NCBI GenBank assembly: GCA_964291415.2
Contig: OZ219917.1
Location: forward strand, 992,001-1,056,000
Reading direction: 5' to 3'
Origin: Alphaproteobacteria bacterium
Lineage (GTDB): Bacteria > Pseudomonadota > Alphaproteobacteria > SP197
Length of the DNA stretch: 64,000 nucleotides
Shown here: positions 31,596-41,520 of the stretch, in pieces
Position numbering within the stretch: the stretch's first letter is position 1
Layout of the letters: each line of letters starts with the position of its first letter
Translations under genes and position numbers: made by a program
Notes under the pieces: model-generated
The model's input: only the letters and a program-made list of their open reading frames with translations
Told to the model about the DNA's origin: nothing
The model's database searches: none

Positions 31596-32081
31596 ATGAC
31601 ATTGGAACGCGCTATTGCCGGGATATTCGTCGTGGTTTGCCTGGCTTACGGATACACCGCCTTCGTGACCATGGAAGAGGCACTCTTGCCCTTCGAGCGT
31701 AACATGGTGTTCCTGCCCAACACCCTGCCCAAATGGCTGAGCGTGATCGGTGTCCTGACGGGGCTGGTCGTGGCCATCCAGTCCGGGCCGGCTTCCCGGC
31801 CAGAGGTGGATCCCGATGATATCGACGTACGGAACATCCGGCAGTACAAGCTCGGCCAGGCGGTTTCCCTGCTGGCCCTGATGGCGGCGTATGCACTGTT
31901 GCTGCGGCCCATCGGGTTTGTCGCCGCGACGACGCTGTTCCTCGCCGCGGGCGCCACGGTCCTGGGCGAACGGCGGTATCTCGTCCTGGTTCCCGTGTCG
32001 CTGTTTGCCTCGTTGTTCATCTGGTATCTGGTGCAGGAGGTGTTGGGCATTTTCCTTCGCCCCCTGCCGTGGTTTTTCTGA
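31596..32081 (+). CDS. tctB: TctB small membrane subunit
   Basis: Four TM segments, P..LP motif, between tctC and tctA. Confidence 0.85.
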   Translation: MTLERAIAGIFVVVCLAYGYTAFVTMEEALLPFERNMVFLPNTLPKWLSVIGVLTGLVVAIQSGPASRPEVDPDDIDVRNIRQYKLGQAVSLLALMAAYALLLRPIGFVAATTLFLAAGATVLGERRYLVLVPVSLFASLFIWYLVQEVLGIFLRPLPWFF

Positions 32082-32093
32082 GGAGCCCGGCCG

Positions 32094-33614
32094 ATGCTTG
32101 AGGGAATCCTGAGCGGTCTTGAGACGGCGTTCTCCTTTCAAAACCTGCTCATGGTGGTGGCCGGCTGCCTGATTGGCACACTGATCGGCATGCTTCCGGG
32201 TCTTGGTCCGATGTCGATCATCGCGATCATGATCCCGATCGCCATCAAGATCGGGGATCCGTCGGCGGCGCTGATCCTGCTTGCCGGGGTCTATTACGGC
32301 GCCATCTTCGGCGGCTCCACCTCGTCCATTCTGATCAACGCGCCGGGAGTCGCCGGTACCGTCGCCTCGTCTTTTGACGGATACCCCCTGGCGCGCCAGG
32401 GGCAGGCCGGCAAGGCGCTGACCATCGCCGCCATCGCGTCCTTTGCCGGCGGCACGGTGGGCGCCCTTCTCCTGATGGGATTTGCGCCCGGCCTCGCAAC
32501 CGTCGCCTTGCTATTCCATTCGGCGGAATACTTCGCCCTCATGATTGTCGGCTTGGCCGCCGTTGCGGCCTTCGCAGGCACCGGACAGATCGCCAAGGCG
32601 CTGATGATGACCGTGCTGGGCGTGATGCTGGCGACCCTGGGCGAGAGCGCGCTGTTCAACGCACCGCGTTTCACCATGGGCATCCAGGACCTTCAGAGTG
32701 GAATCAGCTTCATCACGCTCGCCATGGCGCTGTTCGCCCTGCCGGAAGCCCTGTATCTGGTTCTCGACCCGAAGCGCTCGAAGCGGGGCAGCGGAAATGG
32801 AGGCGCCATAGAGAACCTGCGCATCTCGCGCTCCGAAGCCAGGGAAATCGCGCCGGTCATAGGTCGCCAGTCGCTCCAGGGGTTCTTTGTCGGCGTGATG
32901 CCGGGGGCGGGGGCAACGATTGCGTCCTTTCTCGGCTACGCCGTCGAACGCAACATCGCCAAGGGCGAGGACCAGGCCAAATTCGGCAAAGGGTCGATCA
33001 AGGGCCTCGCGGCCCCGGAGACCGCCAACAACGCGGCCTGCACGGGATCGTTCGTCCCTCTCCTGACATTGGGGATTCCGGGCTCCGGCACAACCGCGAT
33101 CCTGATGGGCGCGCTGATCGCCCTCAATGTCGCACCGGGTCCCAGGCTCATGGCGGACAATCCGTCGATTTTCTGGGCCGTGATCATTTCGATGTATATC
33201 GGCAATGTGGTGCTGCTAATCATCAATCTTCCGCTCATTCCCTACATCGCGAAACTGCTGCAGGTTCCCCGAAACTACCTGATCCCGTTCATCCTGTTCT
33301 TCACCATGATGGGCAGCTATATCGGCCAGAACAATGCGACCGAGCTCCTGCTGCTGACCGGGATGGGAATTGCGGCGACGATCATGCGTTTCGCCGGCTT
33401 CCCCCTGGCGCCATTGCTCATCGGGTTCATTCTGGGGCAGCTTCTGGAGGACAATTTCGCGCGCGCCATGAATCTGACCGACGGCATCAGTTTCATGTGG
33501 GATCGACCGATGACCGCCGGCCTGCTGCTGTTCTCCGTGGTGCTGATCCTCCTGCCCGCGATGCGGGCCCGGCTCGCAAAGTGGCAGCGGCGGGGCGTTG
33601 CGCCCGGCGACTGA
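32094..33614 (+). CDS. tctA: TctA large permease
   Basis: GMLPGLGP, YYGAIFGGS..SILINAPG, DGYPLA, APETANNA, LTLGIPGSGTTA. Confidence 0.93.
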   Translation: MLEGILSGLETAFSFQNLLMVVAGCLIGTLIGMLPGLGPMSIIAIMIPIAIKIGDPSAALILLAGVYYGAIFGGSTSSILINAPGVAGTVASSFDGYPLARQGQAGKALTIAAIASFAGGTVGALLLMGFAPGLATVALLFHSAEYFALMIVGLAAVAAFAGTGQIAKALMMTVLGVMLATLGESALFNAPRFTMGIQDLQSGISFITLAMALFALPEALYLVLDPKRSKRGSGNGGAIENLRISRSEAREIAPVIGRQSLQGFFVGVMPGAGATIASFLGYAVERNIAKGEDQAKFGKGSIKGLAAPETANNAACTGSFVPLLTLGIPGSGTTAILMGALIALNVAPGPRLMADNPSIFWAVIISMYIGNVVLLIINLPLIPYIAKLLQVPRNYLIPFILFFTMMGSYIGQNNATELLLLTGMGIAATIMRFAGFPLAPLLIGFILGQLLEDNFARAMNLTDGISFMWDRPMTAGLLLFSVVLILLPAMRARLAKWQRRGVAPGD

Positions 33615-33884
33615 CGCCGGCTGACCCGGCTTCGGACTGGTAGCGACGGGCGCGGCCTCGGCCGACGGATCCGCGTCGGGCGTTGCGGCCTTCCGGTCCC
33701 GGAGCGCCATCAATGGCTGTGGACATCGCCTCGCCCACAGAGCAGGGATGTTGCAATTGCCCGCCAGTTCTTTCTGCGCCCGTGCCTTGAGGCGGACGAA
33801 ACCGGACAGGCATCCGATATCCACCGGATTTCTTCTTCAGGCGAGCGCATCGAGTGTCAGTTCCGACCGAAAACTGCGCACTTT

Positions 33885-34657
33885 CGCCGCTCCCGACCAT
33901 CGCCGAGAACTGGCAGCGCCTCATCCAGGGCCGACCCCTCATCAATCTCGCCGACGTGCTGAAGTGGGTCGGCGTGAAGCCGGAGGCCGTCTACAGCGCG
34001 GACACGCTTGTTTCCGGCGACGAGGGCAAGCTGCCGATCTCGCGCGGTGTGCCGATTGCCAAGGCCATGACCGGAAACGTGCTCATCGCCTTCGCCATGA
34101 ACGGCGGACCGCTGCACAGGCACAATGGCGCACCGCGCCGCCTCGTGGTGCCGGGTTCGCCGGGTGCCTGTTCCCGGAAGTGGCTGCACCGCGTCGAGAT
34201 CCGCGACCAGGTGCATGACGGACCGAAGATGACCGGCACCTCCTACCGGGCGCCGCGCTACCCGGTCGCTCCGGGTGAAGAGGTGCCGGAAGAGGATTTC
34301 GACATCATCGCGCGCATGCCGGTGAAGTCCCTGGTGACCTCGCCGGAACACGGTGCCGTGGTCACCCGCGAAACCGAGGTGCGCGGTCGTGCCTGGTCGG
34401 GCGACCGGACCGTTTCCGCGGTGGACATCTCCATCGATCTCGGCAGGAGCTGGGTGACGGCCGAGCTCGAAGGGCCGGTCAACCCGGGCGCCTGGCAGAA
34501 CTGGCGCCGCAGGATCGCCGTCCCCCAGGCCGGGTACTGCAAGGTCTGGTCACGAGCGACCGACAGTGCTGGCGACGTGCAGCTCTTCGCAGTCGACTGG
34601 AACCCGAGAGGCTATCTCAACAACTCCGTGCACCGGATTGCGTTGCGCGTGGCCTGA
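33885..34657 (+). pseudogene. Chimeric, deleted duplicate of the ghrA 3' end fused to the C-terminal part of the sulfite oxidase
   Basis: LPTIAENWQRLIQGRPLINLAD (copy of about 28787-28853) is fused to VLKWVGV..HRIALRVA (copy of 29430-30152). Lacks the Tat peptide and the Mo-binding Cys. Confidence 0.85.
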
Positions 34658-34724
34658 TCGCAACGGCTCTCCATGGATCTCGCCTTCCCGGGGGGTTGCT
34701 GACATGCCCGTGTTGCACATGCGT

Positions 34725-34745
34725 CGATTGTCAGATTGACAATCG
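34725..34745. promoter_or_regulatory. Perfect inverted repeat, candidate orphan operator
   Basis: CGATTGTCA-GAT-TGACAATCG: 9-bp arms, 3-nt spacer, contains TTGACA. Confidence 0.45.
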
Positions 34746-35077
34746 CAGTTCGGTTCAGCGGTGATCTCAAGCACCAGGAAGGACGCCGGAAAACCGGCGC
34801 GGACATGCCACGTCCCGATCGATGGTCCGCTTTCGTCACCTGCACCTCGGCAGGCTGTCGCTATGGGAGCGTGGAATTCCGCCGGTTCCCGGAGGAAAGA
34901 GTCTTCCCTGGAGCTTTTGCGGTGCAGGATTGCGCCGCTGCCCTGCCGCCGCGGGTAAGCCTTTGACCCAACCGCCGAGAGCCCGAGACCGATGCTGGCC
35001 TGCGGCCACCGAACTGAGTCCCGGAACTCGGCACGGTGTGGACCGGGTCTCATCCGGTCCCCCTGTCGAGTCGTCGC

Positions 35078-35788
35078 CTACCGCGCGCCGAGGATCGTGG
35101 CCAGGTCGGTCGAGTTCGATCCCGCAGGCGAGAGGTCGAGGTTCGCCTCGATCAGTGCGAGATGTGTTCGAATCAGCGTCTCCGCCCGGTCGCCGTCCTT
35201 GGACTCGAGAGCGCCGAGAATGTCGGCGTGCTCGTGCTCCGGGCAATTCGAGGCTCCTGAACTGCCAAACAACCCAATGATCACCGAGGTCCGTGTCACC
35301 AGTTCTCGCATCATCCGGGTCACGACATCGTTGCCGGTAGCCGTCGCCAGCCGCACGTGGAACTCACCGGAAAGCCGGATCGCCTCGCGCCTTTCGCCTC
35401 CGCGTCGTGCTTCCTCCTCGCGCTCAATGTGGCGCGCCAGCGCATCAAGGTCGGCCGACCGCGCGCCGCTTGCCAACTGGCGCACAATGCTTGGCTCGAG
35501 CATCATCCTGGCGTTGAAGACGTCGCGCGCTTCCTTGGCGTCGGGGCTGGCGACGAACGCACCGCGATTCGAATGCAGGTCGACGATTCCCTGGCTGGCG
35601 AGCAGCAGCAGCGCGCGGCGGACACGCATCCGTCCAACGCCGAACGCCTTGCACAGCATCGACTCGCTGAGCTTCGTGCGCGGCGCGAGCCGCTGCTCCA
35701 TCACGGCTTCGTAGATGCGCTCAACGATCTGCTGCTCGCTCCAGCCGTCCCGCTCCGGGTGCATTTCCACTTTGTCCATCGACGTCAT
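35078..35788 (-). CDS. GntR (FadR/FCD) family transcriptional regulator
   Basis: IYEAVMEQRLAPRTKLSE..FGVGRMRVRRAL HTH; FCD domain with SGEFH..LA and EH..I. Divergent from the ABC operon. Confidence 0.9.
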   Translation of the reverse strand: MTSMDKVEMHPERDGWSEQQIVERIYEAVMEQRLAPRTKLSESMLCKAFGVGRMRVRRALLLLASQGIVDLHSNRGAFVASPDAKEARDVFNARMMLEPSIVRQLASGARSADLDALARHIEREEEARRGGERREAIRLSGEFHVRLATATGNDVVTRMMRELVTRTSVIIGLFGSSGASNCPEHEHADILGALESKDGDRAETLIRTHLALIEANLDLSPAGSNSTDLATILGAR

Positions 35789-35850
35789 TATACCTTGCGA
35801 CTCCCTGAATATGGGACTCTCCGGGCAGTCGCACCGACCAGGTTGTTGAA

Positions 35851-35897
35851 ATTGTCGACAGAATACGCCTTTTCTGTTGACGAGATTGTTAACGATC
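35851..35897. promoter_or_regulatory. Three TGTYRACR pseudo-palindromes in the divergent gntR/ABC promoter (candidate GntR sites)
   Basis: TGTCGACA (35853), TGTTGACG (35875), TGTTAACG (35887) in an AT-rich spacer. Confidence 0.5.
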
Positions 35898-35964
35898 AAT
35901 TGAATAACCCTGTTCAGGTTCGGGTGAAACCCGAATGCGACACTGGAAAGGAAGGACTACACTC

Positions 35965-37149
35965 ATGCGCAGATTCACCGTACTCAAAACTGCTGCCGTG
36001 GCGCTGACGTCGCTGACGCTCGCCACCGCGGCTTACGCTGAGAACGACACGCTGAAGATCGGCTTTGTCGGCGTCACCAGCGGCCCGGCGGCCGCCTGGG
36101 GCATCTCGAACGTCCGCTCCATGGAAACCCGCGCTGCCTGGATCAACGAGACCGGTGGTGTCGAGATCGGCGGCAAGGTCTACGACATCGAGATCGTCAC
36201 ATTCGACGATCAGAAGGACCCGAAGCGTGCCATCGCCGGCATGGAAAAAATGGCACAGGAAGGAATCCGCTACGTCGTCGGGCCGAATGTCGATGACGGT
36301 GCCGCCGCGGTGCGTCCGGTCGCGGAAGCGAACGGCATCGTCTACTTCCCCTATGCGTTCCCGAAGGAGCTCTACAGTCCGCCGGCCTCAAACGCGGTTC
36401 TCGGAATGGTGGCCAACTACCAGTCCGGACCGGCCATCTACAAGTACCTTGTGGAGAACGAGGGCGTGAAGACCGTGGCCTTTGTCGCGGCCAACGAATC
36501 GGACCCGCTCAGCCAGCGCGACGGCGGTGTCATGGCCGCGAACGAACTGGGGATGGAAGTGGTATCGGACAACGTCACCTACCAGGTTGACACCTCCGAC
36601 TTCACCCCGGTGATCACCCCGGTCATCCAAACCCAGCCCGACCTGCTGGTGCTCTCGGGCGTCTCGCCGGCTCACGCCCCGCAGCTCATCCGGTCGGCGC
36701 GCGAACTCGGCTACGAGGGCCTGATCTCGACGGAGACCGCGCAGGACGCGACCGTGCTGCGCGAGGGCGCAGGCGATCTCGCCAACGGCTTCATCTCGGT
36801 CGGCGGCGCGTCGACGCCTGAGATCGCCTCGGACGCGATGAGGGAGTTCGTGGACCGCTACACCGAGATGTTCGGCGAATACAACGACGAATCGAACACC
36901 AAGGTCTACGCCCTCGAGTACATCCTCGAGACGATCAAGGCCCACCCGGAGGCGATCGACGACGTCGAGGTCTTCAAGGCGGCCATGGACGACTTCGAGG
37001 CGCCCAACCCGTTCATGGTGGGCGATGCCGTGTTGAAGTATGTTGGCATGTCCTCGTTTGGCCAGAAGCGTCAGGTCTCGGTCCCGCTGGTGGTCAACGT
37101 TTATCGCGACGGCGCGTTCGAGACGCTGTTCGTGGCCGAGGTGGACTGA
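35965..37149 (+). CDS. HAAT/Liv-type ABC substrate-binding protein
   Basis: Signal peptide, LKIGFVGVTSGPAAAWG, INETGG..IGGK.Y..EIV..DD, PDLLVL. Confidence 0.9.
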   Translation: MRRFTVLKTAAVALTSLTLATAAYAENDTLKIGFVGVTSGPAAAWGISNVRSMETRAAWINETGGVEIGGKVYDIEIVTFDDQKDPKRAIAGMEKMAQEGIRYVVGPNVDDGAAAVRPVAEANGIVYFPYAFPKELYSPPASNAVLGMVANYQSGPAIYKYLVENEGVKTVAFVAANESDPLSQRDGGVMAANELGMEVVSDNVTYQVDTSDFTPVITPVIQTQPDLLVLSGVSPAHAPQLIRSARELGYEGLISTETAQDATVLREGAGDLANGFISVGGASTPEIASDAMREFVDRYTEMFGEYNDESNTKVYALEYILETIKAHPEAIDDVEVFKAAMDDFEAPNPFMVGDAVLKYVGMSSFGQKRQVSVPLVVNVYRDGAFETLFVAEVD

Positions 37150-37159
37150 GTTCCTCCCG

Positions 37160-37224
37160 GGACAGGTGACCCGCCTGTCCGCAGTCGGCTGCCCCGGGCT
37201 CGTGCGCGGTGCGGGGCAGCCGAC
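37160..37224 (+). terminator. Two intergenic hairpins after the binding-protein gene (mRNA stabiliser or partial terminator)
   Basis: GGACAGG/CCTGTCC stem and a 12-bp GTCGGCTGCCCC/GGGGCAGCCGAC stem. No U-tract. Confidence 0.5.
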
Positions 37225-37241
37225 CCGTAGCAAAGTGAGCC

Positions 37242-38111
37242 ATGGAACAGATTCTGGCCAACGGCATCTATCTTGGCGCCCAGTACGCGATGATCGCCCT
37301 CGGGCTGACGCTGATTTTTGCGTTGATGAACGTGCTCAATTTCGCCCACGGGCAGATGTACGTGCTGGGAGGTTTTGTCACCTACACGTTCTACGGACAG
37401 TTCGGTTTGCCGTTCGTCCTGGCGCTGACGATGTCCTGCGTCACGCTGGCGATCGTGGGTGCCCTTGTCGAGCGCTTTCTCTTCGCTCCGGTGCTTCGAC
37501 GATCCGCGCGCGAAGAGAGCACGATGCTCCTCGCAGCGGCGATTGCCTTCCTGTTCGATGCGATCATCTTGCTGGTGTTCGGCGAAAAGCAGCGCGGCGT
37601 TCCCAAGATAGTCGACGGCGTCCTCAACTGGGATTTCCGGGTCATCATGCCCTACGACCGGATCCTGATTTGTTTCCTGGCGATCTCTCGATCGTCGCCT
37701 TCATCTCGTACATGCAGTTCACCAAGACCGGGCGAGCTCTGCGGGCGTTGGCGCAGGACCGCACCGCAGCGCAGCTGATGGGCGTCAACGCCGCGCGCTA
37801 CTCGATGATCGGATTCGCGACTCGGCGCCATGTTGGCGGGGTTGGTGGGCGGGCTTCTGGTGACGATCACCGGCGTCAACCTTGGCATGGGCGGACCGAC
37901 CTCGATCAAGGCCTTCATGATGGTCATGATCGGCGGCGCCGGCGTCATCTCGGGTGCGATCGCAGGCGGCATCATCCTCGGCTTCCTTGAAGCGATCGGA
38001 CTGGCGGTACTCTCGCAGTACGGCGACATCACCTATCTCGTAATCTTCATCTCGCTGATGATCTTTCTGGCCATCCGCCCGCAGGGTCTGATGGGAAAAC
38101 CCTGGGGTTGA
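37242..38111 (+). CDS. LivH-like permease with compensating frameshifts (-1 near 37686, +1 near 37820)
   Basis: ALGLTLIF..MNVLNFAHG; middle part TKTGRALRALAQDRTAAQLMGVN in another frame; then returns to the original frame with IGGAGVISGAI..RPQGLMG. Confidence 0.85.
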
Positions 38112-38115
38112 AGGG

Positions 38116-39138
38116 ATGAGCACTGTGGACGGCTCCGGATCCACGAGTGTCCGGCACGGCATCGACGGGAAGACGCTTGTCGGCGTCGCCGTCTTTCTTC
38201 TCGCGGTCTTCGTGGCGATTCCTCTCTTGATTGCTGCCTCCGGGCGCGTCGACTTCTACTACACGCTGACCTCGGTCGCGTTGCTCAGCATCGCCAGCGC
38301 CGGGGTCTGGCTGATGTTCTACATTGGCCGGATCAACATCGGCCAGGGCGCCTTCGCGCTGATCGGCGCCTATGTCTCGGCCATTCTCGTGACCAAGGCA
38401 GGCGTCTCCTTCTGGCTGTCGCTGCCCATCGCGGGGTTCTTCGCCGCTGGCGTCGCGGTGCTGATAGGCCTGCCGATCCTGCGCCTCAAGGGCGTCTACT
38501 TCGCGATGATCTCGCTGGTGTTGACCCAGGTCGTGACGCTCGCCGCGCTGGCGCTGCCGATCACCAACGGCGCCAAGGGCATCACCTCGATTCCGCTGCC
38601 GGGCGAGGTCTCGATTCTCGGACTGACGCTGATCCCCGACTTCGCGACCATGGAGAACTCGAGGCCGGCATTCTATTACACGGCCTGCGTTCTGATGGTG
38701 CTGACGTTCGCGGCGATGTACCGGTTGGTCAACTCGCGGCTTGGCCACATCTGCCGCTCGATGCAGCAGAACGAGGAGCTCGCCTCGTCGATCGGCATCA
38801 ACATCGCCTATATCCGCGTCATCGTCTTCGCCATATCGTCCTTTCTGGGCGGAATCGGTGGCGCAATGTTCGGGGCGATTGCCCAGTCGGTCTATCCGTC
38901 CAGTTTCCAGGTCGCCGACTCGATCAACTTCATGCTCAATTGTTTCCTCGGCGGTCTCGGCTATGTCTTCGGGCCGATGCTCGGCACCCTCGTGCTCTAC
39001 TTCGGCTGGGACCTCCTGTTCGAGTCCGGCAAGTACCAGCTGCTGATCTACGCGAGTCTGCTGATACTCCTGATGCTGGTGCTGCCGAACGGCCTGCTCA
39101 GCATCCGGCTCGACAAGGTGTGGCGGGTCCGGGGATGA
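38116..39138 (+). CDS. LivM-like permease
   Basis: GRINIGQGAF..GAY, LRLKGVYFAM, SRLG..QNEELA.SIGI, LGGLG..GP, PNGL. Confidence 0.9.
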   Translation: MSTVDGSGSTSVRHGIDGKTLVGVAVFLLAVFVAIPLLIAASGRVDFYYTLTSVALLSIASAGVWLMFYIGRINIGQGAFALIGAYVSAILVTKAGVSFWLSLPIAGFFAAGVAVLIGLPILRLKGVYFAMISLVLTQVVTLAALALPITNGAKGITSIPLPGEVSILGLTLIPDFATMENSRPAFYYTACVLMVLTFAAMYRLVNSRLGHICRSMQQNEELASSIGINIAYIRVIVFAISSFLGGIGGAMFGAIAQSVYPSSFQVADSINFMLNCFLGGLGYVFGPMLGTLVLYFGWDLLFESGKYQLLIYASLLILLMLVLPNGLLSIRLDKVWRVRG

Positions 39139-39917
39139 GCAGCCTCCTTGAAGTCAGGGACGTCTCCAAGCGCTTCGGCGGGCTGACGGCCAACCACAAC
39201 ATCACCTTCGACGTCGCCGAGAACGAAATCGTCTCGGTGATTGGCCCGAACGGTGCGGGCAAGTCCACGCTCTTCAAGATGATCTCGTCCTTCCTGCGGA
39301 CGACCTCGGGCGAGGTACGCTTCAAGGGCGAGCGAATCTCGAACCTCAAGCCCCATGTGGTGGCCCGCAAGGGCGTTGTGCGGACCTTTCAGGAGACGAC
39401 GATCTTCAAGAACATGACCGTGCGCGAGAGTGTCATCGTCGCCCAGCACCTGCGTGCCAGGGCATCGTTGGCGGGCTACTTCTGGGGATCGAGGGCGGCC
39501 CGCGCCGATGTGCATGCCTTTGGCAGGCATGCTGACGAGCTGATTGACTTCCTCGGCCTTTCGAACATCCGCAACGAACTTGCCTCGAACCTGCCGCATG
39601 GGCATCTGCGGGCACTCGGCGTCGCCATCGGACTCGCCACCGACCCGAAGCTCCTGTTGCTCGACGAGCCCTTCGCCGGCATGAATCACGATGAAACCAT
39701 GAGCATGGTCCAGTTGGTGCGCAAGGTCCGTGACGACCGCGGGGTCACGGTCCTTCTGGTCGAGCACGACATGTCGGCCGTGATGTCGATCTCGGACCGC
39801 ATCGTGGTGCTGAATTTCGGCGAGATGATTGCCGAGGGCACGCCAGCCGAGATTCAGGCCAACGAGAGGGTCATCGAGGCCTATCTCGGCAGCGAAGACG
39901 ACGCGATCGGGATCTGA
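39135..39917 (+). CDS. LivG-like ABC ATP-binding protein
   Basis: KRFGGL, GPNGAGKST, RTFQ, LDEPFAG, VEHDM, VIEAYLG. Confidence 0.92.
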   Translation: MSSLLEVRDVSKRFGGLTANHNITFDVAENEIVSVIGPNGAGKSTLFKMISSFLRTTSGEVRFKGERISNLKPHVVARKGVVRTFQETTIFKNMTVRESVIVAQHLRARASLAGYFWGSRAARADVHAFGRHADELIDFLGLSNIRNELASNLPHGHLRALGVAIGLATDPKLLLLDEPFAGMNHDETMSMVQLVRKVRDDRGVTVLLVEHDMSAVMSISDRIVVLNFGEMIAEGTPAEIQANERVIEAYLGSEDDAIGI

Positions 39918-39920
39918 GCC

Positions 39921-40643
39921 ATGAGCAAGATGCTGGAGTTCAATGACGTCGAACTCTTCTACGATCATGTCTACGCGCTGAAAGGTGTCTCGATCGACCT
40001 CGAAAAGGGCGAGACCGTCGCCCTGATTGGCGCCAACGGCGCAGGCAAGTCGTCAATTCTGCGCGCCATCACGGGCCTGGCGGCGATACGCTCGGGCTCG
40101 ATCCGATTCGAGAACGAGGACATCACCGGCCGTCCGGCCTTCGAGATCGTCGAGCGCGGCATTGCCATGGTGCCCGAGGGCCGCCGCGTCTTCCCCTACA
40201 TGTCCGTCAAGGACAATCTCCTGATGGGCGCGTTCACCCGTTCGGACAACGTGGCCATCAGGCAGACGCTGGACGGCATCCTCGAACGCTTTCCACGGCT
40301 GAAGGAGCGCTACGGCCAGGCCGCCGGTACGCTCTCGGGCGGCGAGCAGCAAATGATGGTGATCGGCCGCGCCCTGATGGCGCGGCCACGGCTGCTGCTG
40401 CTCGACGAACCCTCGCTCGGCATGGCGCCCAAGCTTGTGCAGGATATCGCCCGCTCGATCGTCGCCATCAGCCGCGACGAGAACGTCTCGGTGTTGCTGG
40501 TCGAGCAGAATTCGCGCATGGCACTCAGCATCTCGCACCGCGCCTACGCGCTCAGCACAGGCAGGGTTGCGATTGAAGGCGTGTCGAAGGAACTGCTCGC
40601 TGACGAGCGCGTCAAGAGGCTCTATCTCGGCGGCGAACTATGA
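39921..40643 (+). CDS. LivF-like ABC ATP-binding protein
   Basis: GANGAGKS, VPEGRRVF, LSGGEQQM, DEPSLG, LVEQN. Confidence 0.92.
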   Translation: MSKMLEFNDVELFYDHVYALKGVSIDLEKGETVALIGANGAGKSSILRAITGLAAIRSGSIRFENEDITGRPAFEIVERGIAMVPEGRRVFPYMSVKDNLLMGAFTRSDNVAIRQTLDGILERFPRLKERYGQAAGTLSGGEQQMMVIGRALMARPRLLLLDEPSLGMAPKLVQDIARSIVAISRDENVSVLLVEQNSRMALSISHRAYALSTGRVAIEGVSKELLADERVKRLYLGGEL

Positions 40644-41341
40644 CGGCGATGCGCCTCCTGCTGGTCAACCCCAACAGCACCGCGTCGATGACCGACAAGG
40701 CGGTGGCCGCTGCCCGCAGGGTCGCACGCCCCGACACCGAGATCATCCCGGCCACGTCCGCTGACAACCCGCCGAGCATACAGGGATTCTACGACGTCGC
40801 CATGAGCCTCCCGGGGCTGCTGGACCAGATCGAGAAGCAGTGTCCGGGTGTCGACGCGATCGTCATCACGTGCTTCGACGACACCGGTCTCGATGCTTCG
40901 CGCGCTGCCGTCGACGTGCCCGTCATAGGCATCGGTGAGGCGGCGTTTCACGCCGCGAGCTTTCTCTGCTGCCGTTTCTCGGTCGTCACCACCCTTGGGC
41001 GTTCCGTCCCCGGAATCGAGGCCAATCTCCAGCGATATGGGCTGGCGGCGCGCTGCGCCCGGGTGCGGGCGTCCGAGGTTCCGGTCCTCGACCTCGAACG
41101 CGGCGACCCCGCAGTCGTCGAGAGGGTCGCCGAACAGATCGAATCCGCGATGCGGGACGATGGCGCCGAGGCCATCGTGCTCGGTTGCGCAGGCATGACC
41201 GAAATGACGACCTATCTCTCCGGACGCTTCGGCATCCCCGTCATCGACGGTGTGGCGAGCGCCGTGACGTTTGCCGAGGCGCTGGTGGCGGCTGGTTACA
41301 AGACCTCGAAGATCGGCGGTTACGCCCGACCCATCCGTTGA
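40640..41341 (+). CDS. Hydantoin/allantoin racemase (Asp/Glu racemase superfamily)
   Basis: VNPNSTASMT, PSIQG, ITCFDDTG and IVLGCAGM (two catalytic Cys), PVIDGV, TSKIGGY. Confidence 0.9.
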   Translation: MTAMRLLLVNPNSTASMTDKAVAAARRVARPDTEIIPATSADNPPSIQGFYDVAMSLPGLLDQIEKQCPGVDAIVITCFDDTGLDASRAAVDVPVIGIGEAAFHAASFLCCRFSVVTTLGRSVPGIEANLQRYGLAARCARVRASEVPVLDLERGDPAVVERVAEQIESAMRDDGAEAIVLGCAGMTEMTTYLSGRFGIPVIDGVASAVTFAEALVAAGYKTSKIGGYARPIR

Positions 41342-41520
41342 ATGGAACTGGTGGCAGTCGAGAGAACCGAAAGTCGAACTGCCGGACAACGGCGACCGTC
41401 AGTCCTGCTCCATCCTGCGCCTTGCGGTTGAAAGGCACGTGTGTGGCGTCAGCGGCCTCGAACGCCTCTCCGCGCAGCACGCAGGCTTCGCCGTCAGTGA
41501 CTGGATGACGGTCTCTCGGG

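Noticed and set aside
41345-41490. Short minus-strand ORF (LRGEAFEAADATHVPF..) between the racemase and allE
   Set aside because: Cannot be assigned to a family; probably debris or non-coding.
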